Assembly (NCBI RefSeq): GCF_009914755.1
Contig: NC_060936.1
DNA: 64,000 bases
DNA from: the human T2T-CHM13v2.0 reference genome, Homo sapiens
Strand: one strand, 5' to 3'
Under the pieces are notes generated by a model. That model ran no database searches and was not told where the DNA came from. It was given only the letters and a program-made list of their open reading frames with translations. Positions within the stretch are counted from its first letter, which is position 1. Every line of letters starts with the position of its first letter. A program made the translations under genes and the position numbers. This document shows positions 57,549 through 64,000 of the stretch, piece by piece.

Positions 57549-58136
57549 TGCCTATGTGGAAAATATCGTGATTGAATGATTAGTCAGGAACCAGCAGAGA
57601 CAACTTACGGAGATCTCCGAGAACATAGGGTCTGTGATATTTTCAGAGAAGGAGCATACAGATAGAAGGGTTTGGAAAATATACTCAGAGATGCCAGTTG
57701 GCGACAAGGGGGCTATATCTGAGAACATTTTTTGAAGAAATAAAACCATGGAAACCTCAATCAAACGTGATATCTTTTTTCATCCGCAGATGAAATTAAG
57801 ACAGCTGAATTATAATATTTCATTTATTAAAATATCAGATTATTTGCTCCTTTAAGTCCATAAGTATTTTTAGGCATACATTGTATTTGCACATTGAGAT
57901 TCCCACTGTTTTCAGAGTAAAAAAGTCAGATGGTATTTTGGTTAGAGAGAGAGAGAGATTGAGAGAGAAAAATATATTGGCTCTGTGTGGGCAACCAGCC
58001 TGAAACAATCATCCCAAACCCATTTTGGGGATACTGACCTTGTTCCATAGCAGTGGTGGGAGCACTGGGTCTCTGCTTGTGTGTGGAATGACACACACCC
58101 ATGGTTCTAAAATACGTCCTCTGTGGATCTGATTAT

Positions 58137-59587
58137 CAGCCCTCTTCCTGAAATTCTGATTGGATAAGCGTTCCTCAGCTACTGAATATCTCTCATTAAA
58201 AATTGCTCATCCATCCAGATATTTTGTTAGGGTGGTGGGACTATGGGTGTTTTTCCCTTTTTTTCTAAACCTTATGTTCTGTTGGTATATTAATTTAAAA
58301 AGAATTAACTACATTTTAAAAAACCCCCAAATTTAAGTTCTCCCAAAGCTTATTAAGGCTAAACCAGCTCGTCATCACCAAATGATAGTTTAAGAAACAC
58401 TGTTTGGTGATTAAATTGTAAATGAGGCAAAACCATGTGTATTATCCTTTTGAATTTGTGGAATGAAGCACAGTGGACAGAGGACCCTGGAAAGAAAGTC
58501 ACGGGAAGGAGGAACAAAGTTCATACATTTGAGATGGGACTTTTTGCTACTACTGACAATGGTTGGATGCTGGGGTATTTCTTTGCCTCTATCTAAGTTC
58601 AACTCAGCCAGTTCACATATGTGTGCAGGACTGAAAAAAGACTTGGGAAACACCAGTCTTGATATTGTAGGGAAGGATGTTTTTGGATTAAAGCATCGGA
58701 TCTCGTTATCTTTGTGGATTTAATTAATCGCAAGCCTCTCAACTCTTCCCTGTATCCTGTGCTCTAACTACAGATGATTCCATGATTCCTAACAGTTGTT
58801 TTTAATGCACTAGATAGCTAGAAGGTGGCCACATCTCCATTCTGTGCTGTATAGAAGAGGCTTTTGCAAGGTACTATTTTGCAAGGTATTATTTTACAAA
58901 ATAATAATAGAAGGGCTGTCCGGCAAAGAGGCCTGGGGACTCTGTGGTCCACCGCTGCGGTTTGTGCTCTCTCAGCCATGATGATGGCAAAAGCAGCAGG
59001 CAGAGGTGAAAACTGGCTCCTGGGTGTGCCCCAATACCGATCCTGGGTGCAGTGGCAGGAGACAGCATTAAAGGGACCTTGGGGAGAAAATGGAGGAAAA
59101 ACTGGGTGGAGGAAGAGAGAGGAGGCAGAGGCAGCTAGGGTCTGGAACAGAGGTGGGAGAAACTTCCTTACTGTGCTATATAGGCTAAACAGATGGGACC
59201 GCAGTGAATTTTCCCTAAACTCCTTCAAAATGCATCTTCCAAATTGGGCTATTGCATGCTTTTATTCTTTCAGGTGACCTAAGTACCCAGCCTTCCTCCT
59301 GAAATTCTGATTGGATAAGCATCTCTCAGCAGCTAAGCATCTATCATTTAAAAACTGTCATTCACCACAGAAGGAGTGTTTCCTTGGGGTGGTGGGACTA
59401 GAGGTGTTTTTCTCTTTTTTCTAAACCTTATGTACTGTTGGTGTACTACTTTAAAGTAAAGTTACTATATTTAAAAAAAAAACTTAATTTCCCAAAGCTC
59501 ATTAAGGCTAAACAGGCTCATCATCGCCAAATGATAGTTTGCAAAACACTGTTGGGTGATTAAATTGTAAATGAAGCAAAAACATGG
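58137..59587 (+). repeat. Dispersed direct duplication of ~300 bp (58137-58437 and 59288-59587)
   Basis: Colinear shared blocks: CCTGAAATTCTGATTGGATAAGC, GGGTGGTGGGACTA, TCTAAACCTTATGT, ATTAAGGCTAAAC, CCAAATGATAGTTT, GGTGATTAAATTGTAAATGA. Confidence 0.93.
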
Positions 59588-61001
59588 GTTAATTTTCCCA
59601 CTAGGGAAGGGATTGCAAATTTATTTTATATTTTATTGAAAATATAAAATATATTTGTAAACATTATTTTAGATATATTTTAAAAGGCTTCTTCAAACCA
59701 ATGCTGAAGGATCTAAGGCTGGAAGAAATTCACATGAAACTGGGATTTGCAGCTGGACTAGCCACCTGCTCAGACTTGGCAATTCTTTTCCCCTGGTAAT
59801 AACAAAAGTATGTTAATTTACAGTTCACGAACATGTGCATCAAGTGAGAGGTCCTCACTGAGGTAGCAAAAATCTTTTAGGCTAAGAAACAAAATGTGAG
59901 ACATCTAGACCACTGATTCACTCATCCTGAAGAGGGAATCACCCTTGTTCCTGAGGGCCTTAAATTGCAAAGCGGTAATTAACCCAGCTCTTCCCTACTC
60001 TACTTAGATGAATGACTCGGGAGGGAAATTCTTAATGGTTATTATAATATTTAGGGAAAAAAAGCACTTTACTAATCAGAATTAATATTTGCTAATAGCA
60101 ACAATAAAATGTGTATTATCTTAGCATCAGACTGGGGAATAGGACTGGGCTCCATCTGGTCTTTAAGTCTTGGGTTTCTGCTGAGATACAATGCTCTTAA
60201 TTGGCGGCCTTGTAGGTAACCCAGTGGGTGCGATGTGAAGGTCAGAATTCCTGTCTCTCCACTCCCGTCATCGACGGAGAGTGCAGTGACCCCAGCCATG
60301 GTATGGTTTTTGTACAGTGCACACTGATTTGTTGTTGTTGTTTCTCTTGGGGAATATCTACTAAGACTGCAAACATCTCCAGGGCAGGGACTTGATCCTT
60401 TGACTGCTCTGCAAAGCCACCAGCACCCGAGCTTTTGTAATTTTATACTGTGCAGCTCATGGAGACTGATGGAAGCGAACTGATGGCACTGAAAATGCTC
60501 ACAAAGACTCTTATGAACAATTTGATTCTAGTAAATGCTGGACATGAAGCACTTTTAGAGCTAAAAGCTACACTAAGGTAGCATTTGTGGCGTGGAGCTC
60601 CAGGCTGAGCCAAGCAGCAGGCAAAGCTGGAAGAGTTTGGCCCCTGCCTTTGACACAAACATTCTTCACAGGTGAGTTTGTGTTCCTTTTCTCTTGTTTC
60701 TAGAGAACATGAGCTCCCTGAAAGAGAATGTTTATTCTAGCCCTGTACTCCTGCTGAGGAGGAAAAAAAATCTCCATTTGGTTCTCTTATTAGCACTTAG
60801 CACCATGCTAGCCTGGCTGGTTTGTCTCTAACCAGGCTTGTTGGAGGAAGGCAAGGATCCCGTGTGGCAGCCAAGTACTTTCTGGAGTGCACTGAGCTGG
60901 AATTGCAGGACACGCTCTGGGTAGATTCACCCTGGTAGCTCTGACCCTGTGGTGTACCTAGAGGATCCACAATCACGGGAAATACATGGATTGGACTAGA
61001 T

Positions 61002-61211
61002 ACAGTCTCAACTGGTCTGATTTTACACTCCAGGGGATATCTGACATTATATGGAGACATTTTTGGTTATAACAACTGGGGTGGTAGTACTCCTGCCATC
61101 TGGTGGGTAGAGACCAGAGATGCCGCTAAACATTCTACCATGTCAAGCACCCCTACCCCCAAAGAATTCTCTGGTCCAAAATGCCAGTAGTGCAGAGGTT
61201 GAGAAACCTTG
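61002..61211 (+). mobile_element. MER20 (hAT-Charlie)
   Basis: GGAGACATTTTTGGTT...GGGTAGAGACCAGAGATGCCGCTAAACATTCTAC...GAGGTTGAGAAACCTTG. Confidence 0.88.
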
Positions 61212-61429
61212 CCGTAGAAGGATGTGATGGCTCATTTTTTGGTCACACAGTTTGTTCCTTAATGGCAGAGGTATGAACTAAATCATTTTAAAGTTCCTTC
61301 CTAGCTCTTTGATTTTTTTCCGCCAAAAACAAAAATGAGTAGACAGCCAGCAAATGAAAATTATGAAAGAATGCTGAGAAATAAGGATAGTTTAGTTTGA
61401 GAAAGTGAACACTGAATGGTCATTTGTTA

Positions 61430-61675
61430 GCCTTCAAGAGTGAAATTGTGTCTTACATGAAGGATTCTAAGAAATTATTATTCTTTTTTAGAAGCAGTAG
61501 AAAAAGAAATGGTTTAAGTTGAGGAGGAAGGATTTGGGTTCAATCCAAGAAGACATTTCTGTGTGTACACGAATGATAAGAAATTAGCCTAAGGTTCCGA
61601 GGAGAGGTTTAAATCACTTTCATGGAAAAGATTTAAGGAAGTAAAACAGTACTCATCTGTCGGGGATGGCCTGGT
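61430..61675 (+). mobile_element. CR1/L3 3' fragment
   Basis: AATGGTTTAAGTTG...GGATTTGGGTT...AGAAGACATTTCT...CATCTGTCGGGGATGG resembles the CR1 ORF2 C-terminus and 3' end. Confidence 0.5.
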
Positions 61676-61979
61676 TATGACCTTGAGCCCAAAACAGGCA
61701 ATGAGTGAACGGCATCTCAAGACCCTAGTGAGTCTTGGCAGCCTGAGGCTCTCTTGCCTTAGCCTTTACGTATCCCTCTGGATAAGCAATTTCACTATTG
61801 CTCTTTTTTCTTCAACATTCAGTCTCTGTTTTTCTTGCTCACCTCACCCACTATCTACCCATATCTGTTAGTAGCCATTTAAATGGTTGCTGACCCTCCC
61901 ACGTACATCTCCTCCTCAGCCCCAGTCCCATCTCTTTTCCTCCCAGGATCATTGACTGTTGGTTAAGAGCTTTCCAAAG

Positions 61980-62420
61980 CCAAGGCTCACATTGCATGCT
62001 GCACTGTGACTATGACCCATCAGGGTTCTGAGCAAGGGGTTCATCACTTGTCTAACCTCCAGTGTGATTGGTACCTTGGCTGAGGAAACTTTGCAGGTCA
62101 CATTAGCAATGAATTTTGCTGCCTTGTTGGATTGCAATGCTGTGTTTAATTTGCTGACCAATATCATCATCCTTAGATCTTTCTTGATGTTCCTCCAAAT
62201 CTCTCCTGCCTGCCAAAGTTCTGTGACTGAGATTATTTCCCTTGGAAAAGATCTTCCGGATGGGTTTGATTTTTTGTGGTCTCTGCCCCATGTTTGTGAC
62301 AGGGAAGGGAGGAAATGATTGGATATACTTTCTCTGCAAAGTGTTAATGAAAAAGAAAGGAGGATGAAGATATTTTTCTCTCTCCTATCCACCTTCTCTC
62401 CAACATTATGTCTTCTACTT
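61980..62420 (-). mobile_element. CR1/L3-type ORF2 C-terminal remnant
   Basis: KKDLRMMILVSKLNTALQSNKAAKFIAN...RQVMNPLLRTLM resembles CR1 EKDLGVLVD.KLNMSQQC..AAKKAN...REVILPLYSALV. Confidence 0.65.
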
Positions 62421-63600
62421 CCAGCCAAGGGTTTATTCCCAAACATCCTGGGCATACTACTTGCATCCTGTGCGGGCCAGTTTTCTTCATTTAGGGAAAA
62501 ATTCTGTTCTATGACCACAGTCTGTACCCTTCCCCAGGCCAAACTTACTGTAAATTTTTTTGGTTGGCAAAAGTTAGAAAATTTGGTGAATTTTGTACAC
62601 ACTTGCTCCTGGAGTACCTGTCTTCCTGCTGGTAGCTCATTAGTATCGCCTTTCCTGATGGGCTAATTTTTTTTCTCACCCCTACTGGTTAAGAGTGCAG
62701 GCTTTGACGTCAGTCCAGCCTGGGTTCTAATCTTTGCTCTAATACTTGTTATGTGACCGTAGGGTTCTCATGAGGATCAAATGAGATAAAGATAAATTAC
62801 TTAACACAGTGCTCGGCACAAGTAATCACTTGGTAAATGTTAACTATGCATAATAGTTACCTAAAGAGGCTTGGAGCAAGGAAAGACATGTTGGAAGTGG
62901 AGATGCCATGAAACCTCCAGCATTCTCAGGTGTTGTTACTACGACAGAGCTGAGATCTCAGCCTCTCACCCATTTCTCCATCCTAACAGGCCCAGTCGTG
63001 ATCATAAGTGGAGCCCATCGTGAACCCTGGAGGGGACCCTGGATTCTGGGGTGAGGACCTGCTGCAGGGAGAAATGTGTTCTGCCTGTCCACTCTATGTG
63101 ACATTCCTTGCCATTCTTTGCCTCACTTGTCATTGCTTGCTAGAGATGATGGCCAGTTTTCTGCCTGCCTGGCATTGTTTCCTCCAAGTCACAACTGATT
63201 TATCAAGTCCTTTTTAGTGAGCTCTGGCTTCAGATGCTCTATTCATCCTCTTTTAGACCAAGGCAGTGGCCTCTCACACTTTAGGAGAAACCCACTTCTC
63301 TCAATATCAGCCTCCTGCAAGGCAGGGGAATGGAGACTTTTGCCCCTTGGCTTCCCTTGGCTTTAGGATGCTGCAGTTTAACATTTGCTGGGTTGTTGGG
63401 AGCCAGCACTAGAAGCAGCATCAGCAGTTTCTTAGAATTTCGTTGTGCAGGTTTTCTGAGACTTTAGCACCTTTTTTACTTCCCAAGCCTTTTTCACGTC
63501 CAGATGATTTATGGGATGGGACTCTCTCAGTCACATATCCAGGGAAATTTGCATACTTTGGGAACATTTACTGTGTGTTTTTTGTTTTTGAAATGTTTAG

Positions 63601-63601
<1 letters not shown>

Positions 63602-63636
<35 letters not shown>
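63602..63636. repeat. (GT)n microsatellite
   Basis: About 17 TG units. Similar STRs occur at ~4572 (CA), ~12060 (GT), ~23347 (CAAA, in the 3'UTR), ~27704 (GT/GA), ~54095 (TA) and ~57944 (GA). Confidence 0.97.
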
Positions 63637-63639
<3 letters not shown>

Positions 63640-64000
63640 CCTGACTTTGTCTATATGAGGTCATTGATATCCTAACATACTCATTTGACTGACATCCACT
63701 GACATCTGGTCGTCCTTTTTGATAGGGGGATTTTGGCGTATCAGGGACCCAACGGAATAACTAGGACACAGAAGGAAGCACTTAGAGACTTCAGTAGCCC
63801 CAGTTATTGCATCCGGCCAGGAAGCAAAACCCAAATAAAGATGAGGAAGTGGAGAAACAAAGAGCCATGGGTGGCGGGGGGTGGTTTGCAGAGAGTCAGC
63901 AGAATCACAGACCCTCTAAGGCTGCCTAGCATCCCAAACTCCTCATCTTAACTCAGACTTGCAGAGAAGCCTAGACCCTGTACTGGCCCACAGAAGCTTA

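Overview
This is primate (almost certainly human, chr12p13) genomic DNA centred on KCNA1, which encodes the Shaker-type voltage-gated K+ channel Kv1.1. The only credible protein-coding gene is the intronless 495-aa KCNA1 CDS (20426-21913, +). It sits in a CpG island (~17850-21350) with a non-coding first exon, a 367-nt 5'UTR intron and a ~5.4 kb 3'UTR ending near an ATTAAA at 27270. The flanks are ordinary interspersed repeats: 13 Alus or Alu monomers, old L1M, L2 and CR1 LINEs, Tigger3b, Tigger4, MER3, MER20 and MER63 DNA transposons, and MSTB/MLT1 LTRs. Repeat subfamily names come from recalled consensus features, not from a database search. The most unusual structure is a primate L1 3' fragment (34642-35022) in which part of the element is replaced by an inverted copy of the empty target site, giving a ~100-bp-arm hairpin. 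Other notable items are a template-switch micro-inversion inside an Alu, a ~300-bp diverged duplication of unique sequence, a heavily loaded KCNA1 5' leader (uORFs, GC hairpin, CAA tract, intronic G-runs), a possible upstream promoter/exon, and the known I400V A-to-I editing hairpin. I found no evidence for a novel protein-coding system; the other listed ORFs are best explained by repeats, GC content or chance.
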